From: a virus
Lineage: Duplodnaviria; Caudoviricetes
Strand: one strand, 5' to 3'
Length of the DNA: 25,725 nucleotides
IMG/VR virus record: IMGVR_UViG_3300032301_000242
Coordinates: 1-25,725 of that record
Shown: positions 1-8,288 of the stretch, one piece after another
How positions within the stretch are numbered: position 1 is the first letter of the stretch
Layout of the letters: every line of letters begins with the position of its first letter
Translations under genes and position numbers: made by a program
The notes under the pieces: model-generated
What the model was told of the DNA's origin: nothing
The model's input: only the letters and a program-made list of their open reading frames with translations
The model's database searches: none

Positions 1-1
1 A

Positions 2-163
2 TTGGATTTAAATGGTAATACGATTAGAAATCTTCAGCTACAGAAGTGCTGGCCAAGTGAAATAGGATCGCTTACTTTAGACATGGGATCTACCGAACCA
101 TCTATATTTCGTGTAACAATGACTTTTGATTATCTTAAATTTATAACAGGATTAAATCAATAA
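2..163 (+). CDS. gp19: Tail tube protein (gp19-like), C-terminal part, truncated by window start
   Basis: Not in the ORF track. My frame-2 translation is LDLNGNTIRNLQLQKCWPSEIGSLTLDMGSTEPSIFRVTMTFDYLKFITGLNQ*, matching the gp19 C-terminal pattern (LD.NG..I.....  WP..I....LD.......F.VT..YDY). Its TAA (161-163) overlaps the next ATG (TAATG). Confidence 0.75.
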   Translation: MDLNGNTIRNLQLQKCWPSEIGSLTLDMGSTEPSIFRVTMTFDYLKFITGLNQ

Positions 164-693
164 TGTTAAACGAATTTAAAACAAATTTTCAAGGTGGGGC
201 AAGACTCAATAGATTTTATGTAACTGGAAATATTCCATTTTCTGGTAAAAGCATTACTAGATTTCATGTCAGAGCATCTTTGATTCCACAACTTCAAACA
301 CAAACACTTTCTTATGATTATCGTGGAAGAAAGGCATTTTATCCAGGTGAGAAAGTTTATGCAAACTGGGCTATATCAATATTAGATGATACTGGTAATG
401 GTAATATGTGGGCAGCATTTCAAAAATGGCAAAATGCTCTAAATGACCATGATGCAAATACAGTAAACACAAATGTATTAAATCACAGACCAGAAAATTT
501 TAAAGCAACTTGGAATATTAATCATTTAAATTTAAATGGTGATGAAAACCAACCTTTGAAAAAAATGACAATGTTTGGATGCTGGCCAAAAGTCATCAAT
601 CCTATTAATTTTAATATGAATAGACCAAATACATTAAACGTATTTGACGTAGTTATGATTTACGACTACATAAACATACAGAACGTGACATAA
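163..693 (+). CDS. gp19: Tail tube protein (gp19-like), second copy
   Basis: 176 aa with GGARLNRF, YRGRKAFYPGEKVYANW.ISILDD, GCWPK and FDVVMIYDY motifs typical of T4-like tail tubes; directly upstream of the portal gene. Confidence 0.8.
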   Translation: MLNEFKTNFQGGARLNRFYVTGNIPFSGKSITRFHVRASLIPQLQTQTLSYDYRGRKAFYPGEKVYANWAISILDDTGNGNMWAAFQKWQNALNDHDANTVNTNVLNHRPENFKATWNINHLNLNGDENQPLKKMTMFGCWPKVINPINFNMNRPNTLNVFDVVMIYDYINIQNVT

Positions 694-703
694 AGAGGAA
701 TAC

Positions 704-2266
704 ATGGAAATTGATATTTTTGGATTTCAGTTCAATAAAAAGAACACACCTAAAGAAGAAAAAGAATCAAAAGCTCTTCAGTCTTTTGCAGCCCCGGAGA
801 TGTTCGATGGTACTGTAACTGTAGAAGCGGGTGGCTTTTATGGAACAGCACTTGATTACGGTGCAAATCTACGTGATGAAAACAATGCAATAATTCAATA
901 CAGAAACATGTCAGTTTATCCAGAAATTGATAATGCTGTAGATGAAATTGTAAATGCTTCAATTGTATTTGGAACAGAAAGAAAACCTGTAAGGATTGAT
1001 CTTACAAATGTTGAAATTCCAGAACAAATCAAAGCAAAAATTTATAAAGAATTTGATAGAATAATTCATTTATTGGATTTTAATGGTAAGGCATATGAAA
1101 TTTTTAGAAGATGGTATATTGATTCTAGAGTCTATTATAATATTGTAATTGACAGAGATATGCCTACCGATGGAATAAAAGAAATTATTCCAATGGATCC
1201 TTTAAAAATTAAAAAGATAAGAAAAATTAAAAAGGAAATGGAAAAGGTTGAAAATCAAACTGTTTCCGTGATTAAAGATATTGAAGAATATTATCTTTAT
1301 ATTAATAACGATAAAGATAGTTTTATGGTAACTGGCCCAAGTGGCTTGCATCTGTCCGTCGATAGCGTTGTTTACTGTCCGTCTGGAATTGTGGATCTAA
1401 ACACCAAAAGAGTCTTGGGATACCTTCACAAGGCTATTAGACCATTAAATATGCTTCGCCAACTAGAAGATTCTCTTCTAGTTTACCGTGTAGCACGCGC
1501 ACCTGAGCGTAGAGTATTTTATGTCGATGTAGGTCAATTGCCAAAGCAAAAGGCCGAGCAATATATGCGTGATATGATGAGCCGTTTTAGAAACAGACTC
1601 GTCTATAATCAAGCAACAGGCGAAGTAAGAGATGAAAGAAACCATCTTTCAGTTCTTGAAGATTATTGGTTGCCCCGTAGAGAAGGTTCACGTGGAACAG
1701 AAATTACCACTCTTCCCGGTGGTAACGCCATGTCTCAGATTGAAGACGTAGATTACTTCAAGAAGAAACTATATGCTTCTCTCAACGTTCCTCTTAGCCG
1801 TTTGATGGCTGATCAGACCGGATTCAACATGGGTCGTTCTGTTGAAATTACAAGAGAAGAAGTAAAGTTTTACAAATTTATTGAAAGAATTCGACATCAG
1901 TTTTCTAATTTCTTTTTGGATTTCTTAAGAGTTCAATTGATTCTTAAGGGAGTAATGACCGAAGAAGATTGGTATGAACTTAAAAACGACATTAAATTTG
2001 TATTCAATACTGACAATTATTTCTGGGATCTAAAAGAAGCAGAAATTTTGGCAGAAAGAATGAAAATGTTGTCTTTTGTTGAACCATATGTTGGAAAGTA
2101 TTTTTCAACAGAATATGTCCGTAGCAAGATTCTACGTCAAACTGAAGAAGAAATCAGGGGTATTGATGAACAGATGAAGATTGATAAACAAAGACTTCAG
2201 GCTGAACAAATGGCACTGATGGCACAACAACAGGCACAAGGTCAACCAGAAGAGCAGCAACAATGA
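704..2266 (+). CDS. gp20: Portal vertex protein
   Basis: 520 aa with hallmark motifs FRRWYID, YLHKAIRPLNMLRQLED, YRVARAPERRVFYVDVGQLPKQKAEQY and EDYWLPRREGSRGTEITTLPGG; SD-like AGAGGA at 694-699. Confidence 0.97.
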   Translation: MEIDIFGFQFNKKNTPKEEKESKALQSFAAPEMFDGTVTVEAGGFYGTALDYGANLRDENNAIIQYRNMSVYPEIDNAVDEIVNASIVFGTERKPVRIDLTNVEIPEQIKAKIYKEFDRIIHLLDFNGKAYEIFRRWYIDSRVYYNIVIDRDMPTDGIKEIIPMDPLKIKKIRKIKKEMEKVENQTVSVIKDIEEYYLYINNDKDSFMVTGPSGLHLSVDSVVYCPSGIVDLNTKRVLGYLHKAIRPLNMLRQLEDSLLVYRVARAPERRVFYVDVGQLPKQKAEQYMRDMMSRFRNRLVYNQATGEVRDERNHLSVLEDYWLPRREGSRGTEITTLPGGNAMSQIEDVDYFKKKLYASLNVPLSRLMADQTGFNMGRSVEITREEVKFYKFIERIRHQFSNFFLDFLRVQLILKGVMTEEDWYELKNDIKFVFNTDNYFWDLKEAEILAERMKMLSFVEPYVGKYFSTEYVRSKILRQTEEEIRGIDEQMKIDKQRLQAEQMALMAQQQAQGQPEEQQQ

Positions 2267-2673
2267 ACAACATTTCACGCAAACTTTTAAAAAATGGAAT
2301 ACAGGCTCTCCTTGAGCAAAAAGAAACATACTTTAAGAAGAATGTTATCAAGAGTCTTTCTATTAAATTAAATGATGCAATTACAGATGTATTGACTGAA
2401 ACAAATAAAAATCTTCTCCACTCAAGCAAAAGTTTAAAAAATTCAAAAGAACTTCAAACTTTCTTGACAATACTGGAAAAGAAAGAAAAAATTATATTAA
2501 AAGACAACAGTATTATAAATATTACTGAAAATGAAGCATACGCTTTAAAAGAATTGTTTGAACATTTAAATACCGAAAACAGACAAAAAATGATTGAAAC
2601 TGTTTTTGACTCTTCAAACAACTACAATCAGCACATAGAATTTTACAATAATGCCAAAGGAATCTTCAGATGA
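2263..2673 (+). CDS. Hypothetical protein, possible prohead core component
   Basis: 136 aa helical-looking ORF coupled by ATGA overlaps to gp20 and to the next ORF; occupies the gp67/gp68 syntenic slot. Confidence 0.55.
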   Translation: MNNISRKLLKNGIQALLEQKETYFKKNVIKSLSIKLNDAITDVLTETNKNLLHSSKSLKNSKELQTFLTILEKKEKIILKDNSIINITENEAYALKELFEHLNTENRQKMIETVFDSSNNYNQHIEFYNNAKGIFR

Positions 2674-3128
2674 GCAATAAAAACGTCAAACAATTAGTTA
2701 AAAATGTAATTGAAGAAAATGCAGTTGCATTCAAAACAACTTTAAATCGCACACTTTATAGCAAAGTCGGTCAAAAACTTCAAGAGAAATATGTAGAACT
2801 TTCTCAACAAATATTTGAGGATCAGTCATCACAATCCTATCAAGTTGATGATTCTGATAATCTTGTTGCCGGTCATCCTGGTTATGAAGCAGCTGGACCA
2901 GCTGCTTCGACTGCAACCCAAACTCCAGTATATCCTAAAGTAAAACCTCCATTTACAACTCCAGAATCTGTAGATCCGTCCCGCTGGGGAATTGATCCTA
3001 ATAACCCACCAGATCCAATGACTCGTGAATGGAAAGATGCATACAGAAGATACAAGGAAGCATTAGAAATTTATAATAGATATCTGAGAAGTAAACAACC
3101 ACGTCCTTATCCTGATAACCCTTTATAA
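2670..3128 (+). CDS. Putative prohead core protein (gp67-like N-terminus) with Pro-rich C-terminal extension
   Basis: First ~50 aa resemble the small helical prohead-core proteins found between gp20 and gp21 in T4-like phages; the remainder is acidic and Pro-rich. Called from synteny and loose motif memory only. Confidence 0.5.
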   Translation: MSNKNVKQLVKNVIEENAVAFKTTLNRTLYSKVGQKLQEKYVELSQQIFEDQSSQSYQVDDSDNLVAGHPGYEAAGPAASTATQTPVYPKVKPPFTTPESVDPSRWGIDPNNPPDPMTREWKDAYRRYKEALEIYNRYLRSKQPRPYPDNPL

Positions 3129-3150
3129 ATTATAATAAAGATATTAAACA

Positions 3151-3795
3151 ATGAAACTAATCACAGAACTAACAGAAGACATCAAGTACATCAAAGAGAA
3201 TGTAGGCAATGGAGATAAAAATTACTTTATTGAAGGTGTTTTCATGCAATCTGATGTAAAGAACCGCAATGGCAGAATCTATCCAAAGAATACTCTTGCC
3301 AAGGAAACTGGTCGATACATCAATGAATACGTCAATAAAGGTCGCGCTCTCGGTGAACTGAACCATCCAACTGGCCCAACTGTTAATCTTGATAGAGTTT
3401 CCCACATTGTAAAAGAACTTTACGAAGACGGAAAGAACGTCTATGGTAAGGCTAAAGTTCTTGATACTCCAATGGGCAAGATTGTAAAGAATCTTATTGA
3501 TGAGGGTGCCCAATTGGGTGTATCCACTCGTGGTATGGGTTCTTTAAAGTCCAAGAATGGCTACCAAGAAGTTCAAGAAGACTTCATGTTAGCCGCAATC
3601 GACATCGTTGCAGATCCTTCAGCCCCTAATGCTTTCGTAAACGGAATCATGGAAGGAAGAGAATGGATCATGGAAAATGGAATGTGGTCAGAACATCAAA
3701 TCCAAAATGCCAGAAAAATCATCAAGAATTCTTCTTCAAGAAACATTGACAAGAATGTAGTCAAGGTATTCAAGGATTTCTTCAGAAATATTTAA
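3151..3795 (+). CDS. gp21: Prohead core protease
   Basis: MKLITE start, FIEGVFMQ.DVKNRNGRIYP, RALGELNHP, VSTRGMGSL and DIVADPSAPNAFVNGIMEG motifs. Confidence 0.97.
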   Translation: MKLITELTEDIKYIKENVGNGDKNYFIEGVFMQSDVKNRNGRIYPKNTLAKETGRYINEYVNKGRALGELNHPTGPTVNLDRVSHIVKELYEDGKNVYGKAKVLDTPMGKIVKNLIDEGAQLGVSTRGMGSLKSKNGYQEVQEDFMLAAIDIVADPSAPNAFVNGIMEGREWIMENGMWSEHQIQNARKIIKNSSSRNIDKNVVKVFKDFFRNI

Positions 3796-3796
3796 A

Positions 3797-4399
3797 ATGA
3801 TTTTGGATGAAAATACAACAATTTTTTTAATTCAAGTATTGAATGAAGATAATAAAATACTTTCTGGTGGTGGTGGTGGTGGTGTTATTTCAACTCAAGG
3901 TTATCAACCATATACTGAAGTTATAGACCCAAAAACTGGTAAAATTAAAAAAATTAAAAATCCAGAATCTGAAGATAAATTTTATAAAAAATTATTGCAA
4001 TCTGAATTAGATGCAAATCCATCTAATACAATTGATCTAGATCAAGAAAATCAATCTCAACCAAGTTTAGGTGCATTGGCTGGTATTGGAATATTAAAAC
4101 GTCGTTTGGGATACGATACAAACCCATCTGGGGGAGTGGCTATGAAAGGTGAAAATATTGCTAGAGATATAGCAACATCTGTAGCGGGCGCAGGAATCGC
4201 TGGTACAGGATTACAATTTATGGGTCCACTGGGGCAAGCAGTTTCACAAAAACTTCCATATCTTGCAGCATTGGGAGTCGATCCTTTTGATTATGCTACA
4301 AAAATTATGGGCGTAGATTATGTTGGCGACCAATTAAAAAAACTAGGAGCAAGACAAGCAAAACAGATTACTGCTGGTCAGGGCTACCCCACATTATAA
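3797..4399 (+). CDS. Hypothetical Gly/Ala-rich protein between gp21 and gp22 (possible internal head protein)
   Basis: 200 aa ORF filling the gp21-gp22 gap (1-nt gap after the gp21 stop); no family recognised. Confidence 0.6.
   Translation: MILDENTTIFLIQVLNEDNKILSGGGGGGVISTQGYQPYTEVIDPKTGKIKKIKNPESEDKFYKKLLQSELDANPSNTIDLDQENQSQPSLGALAGIGILKRRLGYDTNPSGGVAMKGENIARDIATSVAGAGIAGTGLQFMGPLGQAVSQKLPYLAALGVDPFDYATKIMGVDYVGDQLKKLGARQAKQITAGQGYPTL
3866..3883 (+). repeat. (GGT)6 trinucleotide repeat encoding Gly6
   Basis: ggtggtggtggtggtggt read directly, in frame in ORF 3797-4399. Confidence 0.85.
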
Positions 4400-4405
4400 A
4401 AATTT

Positions 4406-4413
4406 TATAAATA
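4406..4413 (+). promoter_or_regulatory. T4-type late promoter upstream of gp22
   Basis: Perfect TATAAATA in the short intergenic gap, 25 nt before the gp22 ATG. Confidence 0.85.
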
Positions 4414-4438
4414 CTTAAAGTTCAAGGATAATATTGAT

Positions 4439-5536
4439 ATGAAGAAAAACAACAAAAAATCACTATACGAAACAATCCAACAAATGCCAATGGCTGGCGG
4501 ACCACAAGCCCAACAAATGGGCGGTGGAATGCAAATGGCTCCAAATGCTCCCATCAATGGAGTATCATATACTCCAGATGGTAAAGGCGACATGATTCCT
4601 GCTCCTATTGATTATCAAGCCATGAACAGAGCAAGATCTCAAACCCCAATCAACATGGCCGCTTCCATGTCACAAATGGCTGCTAATGCAGGAACTGCTC
4701 CAGTTTATGAGGAAGAGCCAGTTGAAGACCAAGAAGAAGAAGAAGTAGAAGAAGGCGAAGAAGAAGAAGTAGAAGAAGTAGAAGAAGCTTTTAAAGCTAA
4801 ATTTAAAAATTCTATTATGAATCTTTTAGGTGAATCTAATGTTTCTTCCGAATTAGTAGAACAATTGGAAGCAGTATTTGAAGCTGCTGTTCAAGACAGA
4901 GTTGAAAGACATGTTTCTTTTGTCCTTGAAGAAGTTGACACAAACGTCAAGAACTATCTCTCAAATGTCACCAACAATCTCGTTGAAAAGGTTGATGATT
5001 ATCTTGAGTACGTAGTTGAAGAATGGATGACTGACAACGCAGTAGCCGTCGAACAAGGAATCAAGACTCAAATTGCAGAGAACTTTATCGGTGGTCTAAA
5101 GAACCTATTTGAAAATCACTATATTGACGTTCCAGCCGAGAAGTACAATGTTCTTGATGAACTCTATGCTCAAAACAAGGAATTGCGAGTTGCCCTCAAC
5201 CAAAGAATTAATGAAAACATCAATCTCAAGAAAGAAGTTTCATTGACTGAATGCGCTGGAGTCTTTGTTGCTGAAACCAGAGATCTTGCAGATACTCAAA
5301 TCGCAAAACTTCAATCTTTGATGGAAAATGTTTCCTTCACTAGTGTTGACGAATACCGTAATAAACTCACATCAATCAAAAATAATTATCTCACAAGTGC
5401 TCGTCCAGCTGCACTCAGACCCAGACCCAGAAAGATAATTACCGAAGAACAAACTTTCTCCAAAGTTAACGAAGTCCCAGGAACTTTGGTAGAAAATTAT
5501 GTAAGCGCCTTGGGACGCCTTAACAAGAAAGTTTAA
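4439..5536 (+). CDS. gp22: Prohead core scaffold protein
   Basis: VFEAAV, EKVDDYLEYVVEEWM.DN.VAVEQGIKTQIAENFIGGLKNLFENHYIDVPAEKYNVL motifs, acidic tract, and position directly before gp23. Confidence 0.93.
   Translation: MKKNNKKSLYETIQQMPMAGGPQAQQMGGGMQMAPNAPINGVSYTPDGKGDMIPAPIDYQAMNRARSQTPINMAASMSQMAANAGTAPVYEEEPVEDQEEEEVEEGEEEEVEEVEEAFKAKFKNSIMNLLGESNVSSELVEQLEAVFEAAVQDRVERHVSFVLEEVDTNVKNYLSNVTNNLVEKVDDYLEYVVEEWMTDNAVAVEQGIKTQIAENFIGGLKNLFENHYIDVPAEKYNVLDELYAQNKELRVALNQRINENINLKKEVSLTECAGVFVAETRDLADTQIAKLQSLMENVSFTSVDEYRNKLTSIKNNYLTSARPAALRPRPRKIITEEQTFSKVNEVPGTLVENYVSALGRLNKKV
4733..4786 (+). repeat. GAA-rich low-complexity tract with a duplicated 21-nt unit (poly-Glu in gp22)
   Basis: GAAGAAGAAGAAGTAGAAGAA occurs twice, separated by GGC, followed by GTAGAAGAA; encodes EEEEVEEGEEEEVEEVEE. 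Confidence 0.8.
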
Positions 5537-5540
5537 AATT

Positions 5541-5548
5541 TCTAAATA
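5541..5548 (+). promoter_or_regulatory. Late-promoter variant upstream of gp23, followed by an SD sequence
   Basis: TCTAAATA (7/8 match to TATAAATA) in the intergenic gap; AGGAGA at 5560-5565 before ATG 5576. Confidence 0.7.
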
Positions 5549-5575
5549 ATTTTAATTACAGGAGATACTACTAAA

Positions 5576-6994
5576 ATGAATTTTCAGGAAAATACCCCTT
5601 ACGACATTTTAACAGAGAAGTGGAATCCGGTTCTAAACCATGATGCCCTTCCCGAAATCAAAGACGATTACCGTAAAAAGGTAACTGCCGTTCTTCTTGA
5701 AAACGAAGAACAATCAATTCGTTCACAACGTCTAAACGAAGATATGACCTCCAACAACTTGGGCATGCCTTCTACCTTTACCAACAGTGGTACAGTTTCT
5801 GGTTATGACCCAGTACTCATCAGCTTGGTTCGTCGTGCAATGCCAAATCTCATGGCCTATGACATCTGCGGCGTTCAGCCAATGACTGCTCCAACAGGCT
5901 TGATCTTTGCTATGCGCGCCAACTATGGTGGTAACCTCTACTCCAACACCACACCCGGTTACGCCGAAGCTATGTTCCAAGAGCCAGATCCAGCATGGGG
6001 TGGTTCAGGTTGGACTCTCGGTGCAGCTTTCCGTGGAACTAAAGGTCTTTGCGGTTTCTCTGGTGGTACTAACCCCAAGGCAATCCGTGATAGTGGTAAC
6101 GCCGGTCTTCAAGCTATCCGTGGTATGCTAACCAATTATGGTGAAGGTCTTGGTTCTGCAACCAACACTTCTCCATATACCACTTGGAACCAAATGGCAT
6201 TCACTATTGACCGTGTTGCAGTACAAGCTAAGACCCGCGCTCTAAGCAGCAACTACACTGTCGAATTAGCTCAAGACCTCAAGGCTGTTCACGGTCTAGA
6301 TGCTGAAGCCGAACTCGCCAACCTCCTCAGCACTGAAATTCTTGCTGAAATCAATCGTGAAATCGTCCGCACCATCTATTATGTTGCTCGCACAGGATCT
6401 CTACAATCAGATCTTGCCGGTTCTCCTACTGGTGGTGTTTACGATCTTGACCAAGATTCTGATGGCCGTTGGTCTGCTGAACGCTTCCGTGGCCTCAGCT
6501 TCCAAATCGAACGCGAGTGTAATGCAATCGCCAAGGAAACCCGCCGTGGTAAGGGCAACTTCATCATCTGCGATAGCGATACCGCAGCTGCCCTCGCTAT
6601 GTCTGGCTTCATGAGCCTCAGCCCTGGAATTGCTCCTCAACTAAGCGTTGATGACACTCAAAGCACTTTTGCTGGTATATTGAGCGGCAAGATCAAGGTC
6701 TACATCGATCCATACAGCCCCGCTGGCTACAACTTCTTTGTTGCTGGCTATAAGGGTGAGTCTGCTTACGATGCAGGTCTCTTCTACTGCCCATACGTTC
6801 CGCTACAAATGGTACGTGCAGTTGATCCCAACACCTTCCAACCCCGTATCGCGTTCAAGACTCGTTACGGTGTAGTTGCCAACCCATACGTTCTAAACGG
6901 CACGGTTCCAGATGGTGATACCTTAACTGCTGGTCTCAACCAGTACTACCGTTTCACTGCAATCACCAACCTCCACGGTAACACTCAGTTCTGA
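5576..6994 (+). CDS. gp23: Major capsid protein
   Basis: DPVLISLVRRAMPNLMAYDICGVQPMTAPTGLIFAMR, ELAQDLKAVHGLDAEAELANLLSTEILAEINREIVRTI and YCPYVPLQMVRAVDPNTFQPRIAFKTRYG; strong high-expression codon bias. Confidence 0.99.
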   Translation: MNFQENTPYDILTEKWNPVLNHDALPEIKDDYRKKVTAVLLENEEQSIRSQRLNEDMTSNNLGMPSTFTNSGTVSGYDPVLISLVRRAMPNLMAYDICGVQPMTAPTGLIFAMRANYGGNLYSNTTPGYAEAMFQEPDPAWGGSGWTLGAAFRGTKGLCGFSGGTNPKAIRDSGNAGLQAIRGMLTNYGEGLGSATNTSPYTTWNQMAFTIDRVAVQAKTRALSSNYTVELAQDLKAVHGLDAEAELANLLSTEILAEINREIVRTIYYVARTGSLQSDLAGSPTGGVYDLDQDSDGRWSAERFRGLSFQIERECNAIAKETRRGKGNFIICDSDTAAALAMSGFMSLSPGIAPQLSVDDTQSTFAGILSGKIKVYIDPYSPAGYNFFVAGYKGESAYDAGLFYCPYVPLQMVRAVDPNTFQPRIAFKTRYGVVANPYVLNGTVPDGDTLTAGLNQYYRFTAITNLHGNTQF

Positions 6995-7019
6995 TAACTG
7001 ACCGTGAGTAAGTCACACG

Positions 7020-7054
7020 AAGACCTCCCCAGAAATGGGGAGGTCTTTCATTTT
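7020..7054 (+). terminator. Rho-independent terminator after gp23
   Basis: 12-bp perfect stem AAGACCTCCCCA / TGGGGAGGTCTT with a GAAA (GNRA) tetraloop, followed by TCATTTT. Confidence 0.9.
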
Positions 7055-7055
7055 A

Positions 7056-7063
7056 AATAAATA
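7056..7063 (+). promoter_or_regulatory. Late promoter for gp3
   Basis: AATAAATA immediately after the terminator and 5 nt before the ATG at 7069. Confidence 0.7.
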
Positions 7064-7068
7064 ATTTT

Positions 7069-7599
7069 ATGACAGTATGTAAAAATAATATAAATCCACT
7101 TTATAGCAATTACTTCAAATTAACTTTTTCCAGAGGAACTAGTCAATTTGAACTTATGTGTCAGCGAGCCAATCTTCCTGGATTGAGTATTGGTGAAACC
7201 AAGCAACCTACTACATTAGGTACAACTATTCCAGTCCCAACGTTGTCGGCCACATTTGAACCTTTGCGGGTTGAATTTATAGTAGACAATGATCTTACAA
7301 ACTGGAAAAGTATATATTCATGGATGAGAAATATTACAAATATTTCAGAAGATGATACACATAATTTAATTTATCAAAATTGGCATATTAAAGCCACGTT
7401 GGATATTTTAGATCCAGTAAATTGCAATGATGTACTTTTAACATTTACATTTAATAATGTCATACCAATATCACTTGGTGGTATTAATTTTCAAACAGAT
7501 AATGCGGATGTAAATTTGGTAAAAACAACAGCATCTTTTGCTTATTCATATTATACAATGATCCCAGATGCAGAATCTAATTTATACGGCCAAGTTTAA
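7069..7599 (+). CDS. gp3: Tail completion / tube terminator protein
   Basis: N.L..NYFKL, CQRANLPGLSIG, FEPLRVEFIVDNDLTNWKSIYSWM and TASFAYSYY motifs; follows gp23 as in T4-like cyanophages. Confidence 0.88.
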   Translation: MTVCKNNINPLYSNYFKLTFSRGTSQFELMCQRANLPGLSIGETKQPTTLGTTIPVPTLSATFEPLRVEFIVDNDLTNWKSIYSWMRNITNISEDDTHNLIYQNWHIKATLDILDPVNCNDVLLTFTFNNVIPISLGGINFQTDNADVNLVKTTASFAYSYYTMIPDAESNLYGQV

Positions 7600-8267
7600 T
7601 TAAAATACTGAGAAGGGTCATCTGGCCAGCTTTCTGCCTTATTTGGATCCCCTTCAGGATTATAAGGTAGTTTTTTAGGCTCAGGATTCATTGTACGGCG
7701 TTTCTTTGGCTTTGGTGGCTTGGGAGCCTCTTCTTTGAGTTCTTCAAATGGAGGGCATTCTGGTTCAGATTCTTCATTTCCAGCGTCCAATTCTTCATCT
7801 AAAAGAATTTCAGCACCCTCAAAATTATCAATTAGATCATTTACAAAATTTACAAAATCTTCATTTGTAAAAAGATCGTTCAACATTTGAAGCCCTGCTT
7901 CATGGCCAAATTTCATGTCATCTGGCATTGGAGCAATTGTTGTCTTAGAATCTGTCTGCATGGTCATGAAGAATACTTCATACATTTTTTCTAATTCTAA
8001 TGTTGGAGAACCCATGTATACTATGACATTCCGTGATAATGAAATTTCATAACCACGTATGTTTGAAAGATAATTTGTAAGTTTTACGTATTCTATTAAT
8101 TCGCTTTTTTCATCACGAACTACATAGGTTTCAACACGAGCAGGTAACTTAATTGAAATTCTATCGGGGTATGCTTCATTTACCATACCAACTATTTCTT
8201 CACCAGAAGTAAGCTTAACAACTCGCAATACACCGCCAAAAGAATTCTCGGGAAGTGATTCGGACAT
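7596..8267 (-). CDS. Conserved T4-like hypothetical protein (KL.SGEEI N-terminal domain) with acidic then Pro/Lys-rich tail
   Basis: LRVVKLTSGEEIVG motif of the small conserved ORF that follows uvsW in T4-like marine/freshwater phages; strong SD GGAGG upstream on the - strand. Confidence 0.7.
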   Translation of the reverse strand: MSESLPENSFGGVLRVVKLTSGEEIVGMVNEAYPDRISIKLPARVETYVVRDEKSELIEYVKLTNYLSNIRGYEISLSRNVIVYMGSPTLELEKMYEVFFMTMQTDSKTTIAPMPDDMKFGHEAGLQMLNDLFTNEDFVNFVNDLIDNFEGAEILLDEELDAGNEESEPECPPFEELKEEAPKPPKPKKRRTMNPEPKKLPYNPEGDPNKAESWPDDPSQYFN

Positions 8268-8288
8268 ATGTATGTCCTCCCTTCTCTA

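Noticed and set aside
3121-3140. TATAAATT near-match late promoter and CTTTAT-N8-ATAAAG inverted repeat before gp21
   Set aside because: Mismatch at the conserved final A and a weak AT-rich stem; plausible but not supportable.
5732-6640. Alternative-frame and antisense ORFs inside gp23 (5732-5980, 5907-6131, 6300-6614, 6407-6640)
   Set aside because: Explained by the strong codon bias and higher GC of gp23, which deplete off-frame stops; no RBS or recognisable motifs.
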